Below are positions 48,545 through 60,188 of a stretch of 64,000 nt of DNA, one piece after another. The stretch spans positions 4,422 to 68,421 of the forward strand of contig JABABV010000002.1 in NCBI GenBank assembly GCA_014238055.1, in the 5' to 3' direction. The number at the start of each line of letters is the position of its first letter. Positions within the stretch are counted from its first letter, which is position 1. Made by a program: the position numbers and the translations under genes. Source of the DNA: Mycoplasmatales bacterium. Its GTDB lineage: Bacteria; Bacillota_I; Bacilli_A; Mycoplasmatales; JABABV01. The notes under the pieces are model-generated. The model was not told the origin of the DNA. It made no database searches and saw only the letters and a list, made by a program, of their open reading frames with translations.

Positions 48545-49490
48545 TCCTTATTTTGTTGAAAAAATTTGAGGTAGCGATCGTTTAAAAAATTATGGATACG
48601 TGCTACCAAAAAATAAAAATATCGGTGAAGCTTGAGTCGTTTCTGGATATCCTGGAAATTCATCAGTTATTACTAGTGGTCAATATAAAGGACAATTATT
48701 AGAAGATTTATGAACTAATAAGCGCGCAATTTTTAATTACGATAAAACGAAAAATTTTCCAATTTTAATTAAAATAATTGACGCTAATAAAAATTTATCA
48801 GTTCAAGTTCATCCAAATAATGCTCAAGCTAAAAAATTAGAGCACGATGAACACGCAAGTGGTAAAGATGAATGCTGATATATTATTGATACTCTAAATC
48901 ATGATTTAGTTTACGGAACTCATGCTACTAATAGCGCGCAATTACGTCAATTAGTAGATGCTAAAAAATGAGATTCGGTTATGCGTAATGTTGAGATTGC
49001 CAAAGATCAATTTTACAATATTCCATCAGGAACAATCCACGCTATTACAGCTGGTAGTTTAGTTTATGAATTACAACAATCTTGTGATATTACTTATCGA
49101 TTTTATGATTATGATCGTTTGGAAAACGGTAAGCCAAGAGAATTACATATCGAAAAATCTTTAGCAGTTAGTGAGTTTGACAACGAGACAACTCCTAAAG
49201 CGCAAGTAATTAAGATTAATTCTAATAGTGAAATGCGTAACTTATTAGAAGGCCCTTATTTTGGACTAGCAAATTTAACTAGTGATAGTAATAAAGATTT
49301 GTTTAGTAAAGATTTAGGACTTCAAGATAATGCTTTTATCGCGCTAACTTTATTAGTCGGTAAAGCAGAAATCAACGGCCAAGAATTTATTAGTGGTGAA
49401 AGTGCTATCTTATTAAAAGAAGATATTAAAAATTTAAAAATATCTCCTAATGGTAATTTAATTAAATTAATGATCGCTTGACCTAACTAA
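48531..49490 (+). CDS. manA: class I mannose-6-phosphate isomerase
   Basis: EKIWGS, LSVQVHP, ECWYII, IPSGTIHAI. The start overlaps the PTS stop by 14 nt. Confidence 0.85.
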
Positions 49491-49513
49491 TTAATATATA
49501 AAAAAAACAATTA

Positions 49514-49553
49514 AAAATAATAACATATTTTCAAAATGTGTTATTATTTTTTA
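49514..49553 (+). terminator. rho-independent terminator
   Basis: 16-bp stem aataataacatatttt / aaaatgtgttattatt followed by a T-run. Confidence 0.8.
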
Positions 49554-49618
49554 TGAAGTAAAAAAAGATTATAATTGTTATTATTTTTCAATATAAAAAG
49601 TAGAAAGTAGAGTGTTTT

Positions 49619-51214
49619 ATGAAAACTTTAAAAATTAAGTTAATTGATGCTAAAAATTTAGTTTTCCGATTAGAAGAAGATGGTAAGGTAGGCGACCAAA
49701 TTACTATTTCTGAATTTGAAAAAATTAATTTTGATATTATTCGTAAATCAATAATTGACCATGAAGCAAAAATTAAGGCTCAATTAGAACAAAAAATATT
49801 AATAGAGTTACGTCAAAAAATTAAAGCTGAAATAGAATCAAGTTCACAATATCAAGAAAATATTAAAAAAGCTACACAGCTAGATATGTTTATTAAAAAT
49901 GAAAAAGCAAAAATTCAACAAATAATAACTGAAACTAAAAATACAGCATCAATGCAAGCTCAAAAAAATATTAATGATTTAAATATTAAAATTGCTGTTT
50001 TAAACAAAAGCCAGGCCGAAGAATTAAAAATTCAAAAAGAAAAATTAGAATTAAATATGAAAAATAGTCCCGAATATATAGAAAATAGCAAAAAAGCAAT
50101 GCAATTAGAAGTCTTTATTAAAGAAGAAAGTTCTAAAATTGAACGCGCTAAAGCTAATGCTAGAAATGAAATTATCGAAAAAACTAATGAAAAAATTAAT
50201 GCTTTAAAATCAAAAGTATTAATTTTAGAAAATAATAAAACAGCTGAATTGAAAAATAAAGAAGTCTCTTATGAAAATGAAAAAAATAGTTTGATTAATA
50301 AAATGAATAAAAACTTTAACGATCAATTAAAAATTAATCAACAAAAATGACAAAGCGAACAACAAAATCTAATTCAAAAAATTCAAAAAGAAACTAAATC
50401 ACAAAGTGAAGAAAAATATCAATTATTTTTAAAATCACAAAAAGATAAAATTGAAATCTTAGAGGAAGAAAAAGATAAGTTAACACGCCAGAAAGCATCA
50501 GTTGGAACTAAAGTAATGGGTGAGCAATTAGAAAATTGATTATTTAGTGAATATGGTAATTATTCAACTTTATTCGATAATTGCCCATTTATGAAAACTA
50601 ATAAAGCAATTAATGGTAGAAAACCAGATTTTCAATTTATTATTAATGATGATGATGGAAATCAGATTTCAAACATTATTATTGAAGCTAAAACTGAGAG
50701 TCAATATAGTCAAGAAAGCAATAAAAAATCAAATGCTTCTCATTTATCTAAATTATGAATAGATCAAAAGAATTTTAATGCCGACTATTCTATTTTAGTA
50801 TCAGAATTGGAAATGACTGATAATGATTTTTTAATTAAAAAAGTTAATAATTTAGAATATAAAAATATGTATATTATTAGACCACAATATTTTATTCCGT
50901 TTTTAGCACTTATTAAAGAATTTGCTTTAAAAAGAAATAAAATCGATAAAATCGATATCCAATTACAAGAGAAACAAATAATTATTAATGAGTTTAATAT
51001 TTTTAAAGAAAAATTAATTAAAGATTTTTGTTCAAAAATAGAAGTTAATGTTAAAACTATTTTAAATAGTTCTCTTAAAATTAAAAAAGAAGCTCTGACA
51101 ATCGAAACTAAAGCTGCTATGATTTTAGATGAAGTGATTGAAAATATTGCAAATAAAATTGAAAAATATAGTATCGAGAAAAAAGTTAAGACTTTAAAAA
51201 AATTAGTAGAATAA
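49619..51214 (+). CDS. DUF2130-like protein: long coiled coil plus PD-(D/E)xK-like core
   Basis: Two fragments are in one frame. The N-terminal ~300 aa are K/E/Q-rich heptad-like sequence. They are followed by GEQLENWL...KPDFQF...IIIEAKTE. Confidence 0.6.
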
Positions 51215-51218
51215 AATA

Positions 51219-51248
51219 AAAAAAGCGCTAAATAGTGCTTTTTTTTAT
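51219..51248 (+). terminator. rho-independent terminator
   Basis: agcgcta / tagtgct stem followed by T8. Confidence 0.65.
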
Positions 51249-51316
51249 TTATTACTAATATTTGTATTATAATAAAAAAGGTAGTTATAATCAGATATTT
51301 TATAAGAGGAGTAGTT

Positions 51317-53887
51317 ATGGATAAAAAATGAAAAATTCATGTAATACCACATACTCATTGAGATCGCGAATGATTTTTTACGCAAAGTCGTGCTAATACT
51401 TTATTCGCTAATAATATTCGAGATATTGTGGCCGTACTTGAAAATGACCCAGAATTTAAGACTTTTGTTTTAGATGGTCAATTATCAGTTTTAAATGATT
51501 ATTTTTACGAATTTAACGACCAAAAAAAGACCATTTCTAGATTAGCTAAAAGCAACCGTCTATTATTAGGTCCTTGATATTCACAACCGGACATGTTTAG
51601 TTCGCTCGGTGAAACAATTATTCGTAATTTGGAATATGGAACAACAATCGCCACAGAATTAGGAAATTGCTTAGATATTGCTTACTTACCAGATTCTTTT
51701 GGTTTTAATCATAACTTACCACAAATTTTTAATTTCTTTGATTTAAAAAATATGGTATTTTGACGTGGTATGAAAAAAGAAGATAATGATAAAACAGTTT
51801 ATTTCAACTGAAAAGGAATTGATGGCACAACTATTAATGCTTATTGTTATAATTCTGGTTATTGAATGTTTAGTTCATTATTTCCTTATGGTGAAGTAAA
51901 TAAAAATAACTTACTTATTAAGGCTCAAGAAATTTGATTAAAAACTTTACCGATATTAAAAGAAATTAAAGCGCGATCACCATTTAGTGACCGTCAAATT
52001 TTATTTCCTTTCGGTCAAGATGAATCGCCGATAATGAAACATTTACCAACTTTAATAAAACTTTTTAATGAACTAGATAAAGACCATAGTTGAGAACTAT
52101 CAACTTTTGATAATTTCTTTAAATCAGTACCCGATAAAGTAGATTATCAAATAAATAGTAGTTTAATTTGACCATATGTGGCACGAATTCATCGAACAAT
52201 TACGACTTCAAGATATGATATTAAAGAACGTTTCAGAACAATTGAAAATTTAATATATCATCATCTAGAACCGTTGCAAATCATTTATCGTCAAATCGAT
52301 CCTGTTTATAAAAATGATAAAATAATTGCTGAAGCAATGAAAAAATTATTAGCTAGTCAAGCGCATGATAGTTTAGGAAGTTGTAACAGTGATCGCACTA
52401 ATCAAAACATCATGATTCGTTTAGGTGAAGCGATCGATATTATTCAATCAGAAATCGATATTTTGATGAAGAAACTTTATTATCAATTAAACTTAAATCA
52501 CGCAGAAGATCTTTTAGTTTTTAATTTAGCACCATACGCCCGCCCATCTATGAAAATAGCTTTAAATATAAATTCTAAATTCAAAGATATCGAATTAGTT
52601 TCTGATCATGTTAAAGATTTTGTCGTCTTAAAAACAACTGATCAAAAAACTCTAGCATCTTTAAACGAATATTACGAACATAAAGTTAGTTTTATTGTAG
52701 AAAAAATGCCAGCAACAACTTATAAAATTATTAAAATAAAATCAAAAACTAATTCTAATAATAAAATTAGTCAAAATGATAGCTTATTTCAAGATCAAAT
52801 AATAATCTCTGAAGATAACATTACTTTTATTGATAAAACTAAGCAAGAGTTTAAAAACTTATTTAAAATCGTTCCTTACGATGACATGGGTGATGGTTAT
52901 GATTTTTCACCTAATAAAAAAGGTTATAATTCATTAGCTATTAAAACAACTAATAAATTAATTAAAGAAATTATAACTAAAAATTTTCGTTATTTCGAAT
53001 TTGAACAAACGATTGTTTATAAAAAAAATCAATCGCAAACGTTCAAAATTAAATTAAGTAATTTTTTAGATAAACCATTTGATTTAGAAATCAATAGTGA
53101 CAATAAGAGCAAGTTAGTAAAATGAAACTTAGAATTTGATTTAGGAATTGAATTCGATCAACTAAATGATATTTTCGCAAGCCAATCACTCGCTTTAATG
53201 AACCGTAGAAATATCGTTGAAGAAGATTGAATTGCGAAAGGTTATAAAGAATATCCTGCTTTATTAAGTACTAATGATGGATTGATTTATATTCCAAAAG
53301 CGAATCATTTTTCATTATTAACATTCGCTAATAATGAATATAGCGTACAAAATAATAAATTAACATTAGCTTTATTTAGAGCTTATGATTATTTAGGAAA
53401 AGCTGATTTAGCTTGAAGACCAGGACGTCTTTCAGGAATGCATATGCATAGTCCAGAAGCTTTATTACAAAAAGAGTTAGCTTTTAAATTATCTTTTAAT
53501 TTTGGGACAAATAGTTATACTACTTTGTTAAACGATTGATTTTTAACACCGTTAACTTATTATCACAATGATCCTAATCGCATCGATTCTTTCGATGATC
53601 GTTTTATTATTAATTATAATAACGACGTTCTACTCGATCACTATAATTTCAAAAATATTGTCATTGATAACGATTTTTTAATTAGTAGCTTTCGAATTAT
53701 TAAAGATAATCGATATCAATTAAGAATTGCTAATTTAACTAAAGCGACGAAAAATTTTAATTTAAAGATTGATGGTCTAATTATTAAATTTAAATTAGAA
53801 ACTAGTTTTAATAAAATTAATGATGAATCATTTAAAGAAATAAACATTGAATCTCAAAAATTTAAAACGATAATATTTGAAATGTAA
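51317..53887 (+). CDS. GH38 alpha-mannosidase (MngB-like, cytoplasmic)
   Basis: GH38 signature HVIPHTHWDREWFF, then GPWYSQPD. No signal peptide. In frame with track ORF 52178-53125. Confidence 0.88.
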
Positions 53888-53927
53888 AAAAAGAAAAACT
53901 ATTAAAATAATAGTTTTTCTTTTTTTA
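53886..53927. terminator. bidirectional terminator between convergent genes
   Basis: 16-bp stem aaaaagaaaaactatt / aatagtttttcttttt. Confidence 0.8.
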
Positions 53928-53932
53928 TTTAA

Positions 53933-56503
53933 TTATAAAGTTATTTTTTTAGTTATTTTTTGTTGTTGTTTTAATGCTTTAGCATTAATTTTATCAGTAT
54001 ATTCGACTAATGATTTTGTCATTAGTTCTTTATAAGTTTGATATTCTTTATTTAATTTTAATAATTTATGATTATTTTTATCACGTAAAGCGATGAAACG
54101 ATTTTTAGCATGTTCGCTTTTTTCAAAAATAATAAGTTTACCAAATCCGGTAATAATTTTTTCGATTCGTTCAATTTTATTTTTACGTTTTTTTAATTTC
54201 ATTAATGAATTTTGTTTATATTTTTCAATCTTATATTCAAAAGGATCGCCATGCATTTGCGGATCTCTAATTCAATTTTTAAGATTTAAAAACATGATAA
54301 AATTATGGCCAAAATTTTTCATTAATTTAAGAAAGTTATATTTAAAAATTTCTTTTTTATTTTTTAAGTGTTTGTTTTTATAAAAAGTTTCTTTTTTAGC
54401 TTGTCGTTGTTGAAAGGCTTCTTCGTATTCGACAACTTTAGGTCTTCAAAACCCAAAAATTAAAGCAGTAATCAATGAACCACTTATCGTTCCGATCAAT
54501 CATCCGATATAAGTAAATCTACCGGCTGGAATATAACCAAGGAAAGTTCCTAAAGGTGAACCTAAACCGGCGATATAGCGACATTGAAAAGCAACAACGA
54601 TTCCTCCGGCACAAACTGCACCAACGACATTGGCAGTAATTGCTTTAATTGGATTAGTGATTGCGAAAGGAATCGCTCCTTCACTAATACCAACGAGTCC
54701 CATCCCAAATGCTGCTTGTCCAGTTTGACGTTCAGCATTAGAGAATTTTTTACGAAATAAGACAGTTGCTAATCAAGCTCCTAACGGAGGCACTCCAATA
54801 GCGGCGTTAACAGCTGCTTGAGGAGCAAAATCACTATACGGTAATGAAGTGAATGATTCATGGTTAACCGACATGTTGTTGATTGCTGTTGTATAAATTG
54901 CTAAAGCAACAACGTAAGCAGTTTTATTTAAAGGTCCTCCTAAATCAAAAGCAATCATTCCCGCAAAAAGCATTCCGATTAACGGTAACAAGACGGGACT
55001 AACATTACTCGCACTATGGAGCATTTTGAAAAATTCAAACATAATAAATATTAAAGGAATAGCGGCCACATAAACTGTAAAAACGTAAGTTATGAAAGTT
55101 GATAATACTGGAATTATCAAAATTGGAATAACTGGTTTAAACATTTTCGGTCAATTAACTCATTTCATTGCTTGAACTAAATAACCAACGAACAATCCAA
55201 TTATGATCGCTCCTAAAAATCCAGCTTGAGGTGAAAAGTTGCTTCCGGCATTTCCACCTTGACCATTAAGATAATCAGTAATGAACTGCGGTAAAAATAT
55301 TTTCATAGTACTAGCGTCATTGATTAAATAAGTACCAATCAAGGCCGCCGCCATAGCTGAACGGCCAGCTATTGAATATGCTAAATACATACCAAAAATA
55401 GGGAGCATTAACTTTAAGCCCATCGTTCCGACAATAAATCAACCGTGCATAAAAGGATGACCGACGAAATCTCAAGCATTATAATGTAGGTCATTTACGT
55501 GTTGAGCAGCGTTATGAGCGGCGTAAATATTAGGGATTGCCATTAATATCCCACCAGCAATCGTAATCGGTAACATATAACCAATTGCCGTCATCAAAGC
55601 TTGCATTAATTTATTTTTAGCTTTATCACCTAAATTGAAAATAACGTTATCATCAAAATGATCACCTTTTTTAATTTTAGATGTAGGTTTACTATTATTT
55701 ATTTTATTTTTAATAGCTTTATTTATTAAAGTTGTTGCATTACGAATAGCATTATTAGTATCAGTATTAATAATGTGTTTACCGGCAAACTGATTTAAAT
55801 CAATTTTTAAATCAGAGGCAATAAAAACAATATCAGCTTCTTCAATATCAGCTTTACTTAAAATATTTTCAGGACCAATTGTCCCACGAGTTTCTATTTT
55901 ACAAGCTCAAGCATTTTTTTTACACGCTTCCATAATCCGATCGCGAGCCATATAAGTATGGGCGATTCCTGCAGCACAAGAAGTGACACCAACGATTTTT
56001 AAAGCTGATTCATGGACTTCTTGATAATTATTTTTTTCTAATTTTTTAGTTGCTTCTTGTAAAGAAATATTATTAATTTCTTCAACGATAAGTTTTACTT
56101 TATGATTAATAATTAATTTTTTAAATTTATCACTATTTAACTTAGTCGCCACCGCTGCTAATAATTTTAGGTGGATATTAGTAGCTTTTTTAGGGACTAA
56201 TAAAGCGAAAACATATTTAACTTTATCTTTATTATCTAATGTTTTTCAAGGGATCTCATTTTTATTAATAACGATATAAATCGTTGGTCTAGTAACTGAT
56301 GCACTAATTGCATGCGGAATTGCAAATTCATTTTCTAAACCAGTTGATAATTGGGATTCCCGTTTATTAAAATCATCTTCTAACGTTTTAGCGTTAAGAC
56401 TATCGCCATGCTTAAATGCCATTTGCGATATATGTTTAAAAATTTCTTCTTTATTTTTGAATAAAGTATTAACGATTATCTTTTTCTCATTTATCAAGTT
56501 CAC
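53933..56503 (-). CDS. second PTS fructose-family EIIABC permease with a ~170-aa basic C-terminal extension
   Basis: Track fragments 56503, 56152, 55423, 55144, 54703 and 54256 all share one frame. I checked every intervening codon between 55423 and 56246 and between 54256 and 54500, and only TGA interrupts. EIIA His is AIPHAI and EIIB Cys is VTSCAAGIAHTYMA. Confidence 0.8.
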
Positions 56504-56599
56504 ATTTTTACCCCCATTTTTAGATTTTATAAGTTGTTTTATTTATTTTTTAAAGGTACTTAAGAGTTCCTCAAAGTCATTATACTACTTTATAAAATA

Positions 56600-56639
56600 A
56601 AAAAAACTACTAATTAATGACTAATTAGTAGTTTTTTTA
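56600..56639. terminator. terminator after the MATE gene (palindromic, flanked by an A-run and a T-run)
   Basis: aaactactaatta / taattagtagttt stem. Confidence 0.75.
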
Positions 56640-56645
56640 GAAAAC

Positions 56646-58376
56646 TTAAGCTGCTGCTTTTGTAGCGACAGTTTTAGTTTCGATTGTTTTTTCGTTCATA
56701 TCTGCTCCAGCATCAGAATCAGCTTTAAAACCGCTAACTCTTAATTGACGAAGTGATCATCACATAATCGGGATCGTGATTAAGGTTGAGACGATATCCA
56801 TTACTGGATAACCTCAGAAATATAATCAAGCATTATTATAATGATGAGCTAGAGTTGATAATAAGAATAATGATGGTATTTCGATTATTACCCCTCTTAG
56901 CAGAGCCATAAATGTTGATCAGAAAATACGGTTAGTTGATTGAAAGTAACACATTGCTCCGAATTGGAATCCATAAACTGGAAGTGATCAAAACATAATA
57001 TAGATTACTTTTCTAACGTCGTCTCCTAAAGTTGGCATTGAACCAAGACTAATACTGTGTCCTTGGTAAACTATTCCAACAGGAGCGTTATTAGTAACGT
57101 TGAATCCTGAAGCGATTCAATGACCAGCTAACATAATAATGATTGTTGAAATTATGAAGTAAGATACAGCCATAATGACAGTTCATCAAACTCCTTGAAT
57201 AACACGTTCTTTATTTTTAGCGCCGTAGTTGTAAGCGATTAAACCACGAGCCGCTTGGATGATTCCAAAGGATGGCATAAAGAAGAGCATTAACATCGGC
57301 ATAACTCCAGCGAATAAACGTTGTCAATATTGACTACCTAAACTATTTTGTAATAGATGTTCTAAAATAGCAGGTGTTAATTTCGCTAATCCTTCATTTC
57401 CGCTAAAGCCAGCAGCGGTGAAGAATTTTTTAAGTGAGTCGGGGAGGGTATCTCAATGTCCTTGAATTCCGTTTATGAAATGTTGGATCGCGTTAGCGTC
57501 CCAAGATATCGGATGCGAAGGCAAGTGAGAAAGGAAATGGTTTCCTACTGTAGAAGTAATTGAGTTACCAAAATTACGAGCAAACGGAGTCATTCCGATA
57601 AACATAATTAATAAGATAACTTTTTTATCTCCTAATAGATATCGCGGATTAATGACGAAATGGCCGCCATGTCGAAGATTTCTAAAGTAGAAGAATAAAG
57701 CATACATTAAACCAACAGCTCAAGCTAAAGTAGTCGCTAAAGCTCCTCCTTTATAACCCATGTGTGCGATTTTTGGATCCATAAAGATTCAATCTAAGAA
57801 AATGTTTACTAGTGAAGATATAATATAACCACCAGCTGCAACACCGTTCAAACCATCACTTCTTAAGAAGTTGATTAAAAACATAAATACGAACTGAATA
57901 ATCGATCCTCATAAATAAATATTTAGAAAAGGGATTGCATAGTTAGTAATTGCAGGATCATCTTTTGAAATTGCTTGCGCTTGTCAAATTCCATTTAAAG
58001 AGAATTTAGTAATTAACGTTACTAGAATAACGACAATTAAACCGATGAAAAAAGCAAATGATGCAACTTCTTTTTGTCTACGCGGATTTTTTTGTCCCAA
58101 GGCAACACTAAATCTAGTCGCGCCTCCGAGAGCAAACATAAATCCAAAGGCCATCAATCCAGTTGTTATAGGATTGATTTTTGACGAAGCTATTCCGATT
58201 GAATAACCTTCGCTTGGCAACAATCTTTGTGCCATAAATGAATCGAAGAAAGTATATAGTCCCATTACAAGCATTCCTAAAATCGAAGGAATTCCGATTT
58301 TTAAAATCGCTTTAGGCACTTTCATTTCACCGAACATATAATGTGCTCGATTCATTTTTATTTGTTTTTTATCCAC
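56646..58376 (-). CDS. MATE-family multidrug/oligosaccharide efflux transporter
   Basis: GTG start at 58376. The frame was checked codon by codon from 56646 to 58376 and contains only TGA interruptions. It is polytopic, with a MATE-like N-terminus (PKAILKIGIPSILGML). Confidence 0.78.
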
Positions 58377-58788
58377 TATTCACCATCCTTGTTAGATAAT
58401 TTTCTAAATTTGATAATTCTTGGTCGTCTAAAACTCTAAATTCTGCTGTGAATTCTTTTCAAAATTGTTTTTTAAAATTTTTCAATAATTTTGCTTCACG
58501 ATTTAATACTAGATATTTTTGACGTTTATCATCATCATCGATTTTAACAAAAACTAAATTACGCTTTTCTAAGTTTTTAATTCTACGTGATAATTGACCG
58601 CAATCAATATTGTAATCATGAACAATAGTTGATATTTTAATTTTTTGATCTTCGTTATGATGTAATAAATAAATCAGCTTTCCTTCTAAAGAAGATAAAT
58701 TATATTCATTTAATAATTTATGAATATTTCTTTTTCTTTTTATAGATAGATTGTGAAAGCTTTTAACGATCTCAACATATTTATCAAT
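58369..58788 (-). CDS. MarR-family winged-helix transcriptional regulator
   Basis: RBS aaggagg lies 8 nt before an in-frame ATT at 58788 (no in-frame ATG). wHTH-like segment ISTIVHDYNIDCGQLSRRIKNLEKRNLV. The stop overlaps the MATE GTG (GTGGATAA). Confidence 0.68.
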
Positions 58789-58846
58789 ATAAGCGACCTC
58801 CTTGTTATTAAATTATAAATAATTGGTTGATATTTGTATATTTAAT

Positions 58847-58897
58847 ATTTTATAAATTTTATTTGATAATGTCAAGAGTTTTATTTGATAATGTCAA
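58847..58897 (-). promoter_or_regulatory. marR-MATE promoter with a duplicated 19-bp operator-like repeat
   Basis: ttttatttgataatgtcaa occurs at 58857-58875 and 58879-58897. On the minus strand each copy reads TTGACAttaTCAA. The proximal TTGACA lies 17 nt from TAAAAT (58847-58852). Confidence 0.55.
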
Positions 58898-58977
58898 AGA
58901 AATTTTTTAAAATTAAGATCTTAGAATAAAATAAAATAAAATAAATGTAGTGTTTAAAGCAATTAAAATTCTAAATT

Positions 58978-59005
58978 TTGATAGTTTAAAGATATATATT
59001 ATAAT
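58978..59005 (+). promoter_or_regulatory. orphan promoter-like element
   Basis: TTGATA, 16-nt spacer, TATAAT, with no ORF downstream before the hairpin at 59303. Confidence 0.3.
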
Positions 59006-59302
59006 ATAAGTGAGGATATAAGAACTCCTTAAAAAAATATAGGATTTTTAAATCCTCAAAAAAAATCATTTTAATTTTTCTTTATTTTTCTTTTATATTG
59101 TATATAGGAATTTAAATATCTTTTTTTCATTTCTTCATTTTGAATTTAAATTGTTATTAATAAAACTAAAGCACAATAATATTTTTAAAAACTTAACTTT
59201 CTATTGTTAGTTGTTAAATTCGTTACGTCTAACTTGTATAGTTTTATTAAAATCACGAAAATTTCAAGAACTTAATAAAACTATTTTTATAAAATTATTT
59301 TA

Positions 59303-59340
59303 AATAAGTCTAAACATTATTGTTTAGACTTATTCTTTTT
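59303..59340 (+). terminator. orphan rho-independent terminator
   Basis: Perfect 14-bp stem (aaataagtctaaaca / tgtttagacttatt), 4-nt loop, then cTTTTT. Confidence 0.6.
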
Positions 59341-59495
59341 ATGTTATTATTTTTTTATCTTATCTATTCACTAATTAATATTATTTTAATTATTTATTGT
59401 TGAATAGAGTAGAAGGTTTTAATAATATTTCTTTATTAAAGCTTATTTTATTATATTTAATCTTTTAAAATAACATAAATATCAAGGAGTAAATC

Positions 59496-59789
59496 ATGGG
59501 AAACAGTGCTAATTCTACTGTATCAGTAAAAGAAACAACAATCGAAGCTAAAGATAAAATCGTTAATAAAGACGCTAATCCACCGATCACATTAAAAAGA
59601 TTCTTATTTTTAATGTGAACAATGTTTGTATTTATGGGTTTAATGACATTTTTTATTTTTTCAGTTGCTTTATTATTTATTAATCAATTTTCAACTACTG
59701 GAAAAACATTTCTAGCAATCGGAGGACTTTTAAGTTTTGCAGCAACTTTTCCTCTTTTCATATTTATGAAAAAAAACTTAACAAAATAG
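59496..59789 (+). CDS. small two-pass membrane protein (97 aa)
   Basis: RBS aaggag lies 6 nt before ATG 59496. Two hydrophobic segments. One in-frame TGA. Confidence 0.45.
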
Positions 59790-60143
59790 TTAATAATGCT
59801 TTAAATAATGTATAATAAGTATGTATAACTTCTCAGATCAAAATGAAGAACTTATACAATTTAAAAAATATTAATCTATTTTTTTGTTTGATTTAACTTT
59901 TGTTTCATTTTTTAAATATTTAATATAAACAATTTTCTACAGATTGTTTTATCTCCTTTCATAAAATTGATTTTAGTAATAGTGTCTCATAATAATACAT
60001 TCACTATTTACTAACTCTTTATAAATTATAATTATAAAAGAGCATTTATTAAATCCAAATCCACTTCTTTTCTTTATTTTTATTAATATTATTTCAAGTC
60101 TTTAAACTTATTAAATTATATAGGATTCAATTACTTATTGAAT

Positions 60144-60188
60144 AAAAACAAAAAATAAATCTTATTTTAGATTTATTTTTTGTTTTTT
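60144..60188. terminator. orphan long AT-rich hairpin, terminator-like in both directions
   Basis: 19-bp stem aaaaacaaaaaataaatct / agatttattttttgttttt with a 6-nt loop. Confidence 0.5.

Noticed and set aside
54093-54383. 96-aa + strand ORF in the region of the PTS tail.
   Set aside because: It is antisense to a continuous minus-strand reading frame, Phe/Leu/Ile rich, and has no RBS.
58857-58897. Direct repeats that might indicate a CRISPR array.
   Set aside because: There are only two copies separated by a 3-nt spacer, and no cas genes occur in the window. The repeats overlap a promoter, so an operator is the better explanation.
59131-59851. The 13-nt match tcaaaatgaagaa in inverted orientation at about 59130-59142 and 59839-59851, which could mark terminal inverted repeats around the small membrane-protein gene.
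   Set aside because: The similarity does not extend beyond 13 nt, and in sequence this AT-rich such a match is plausible by chance.
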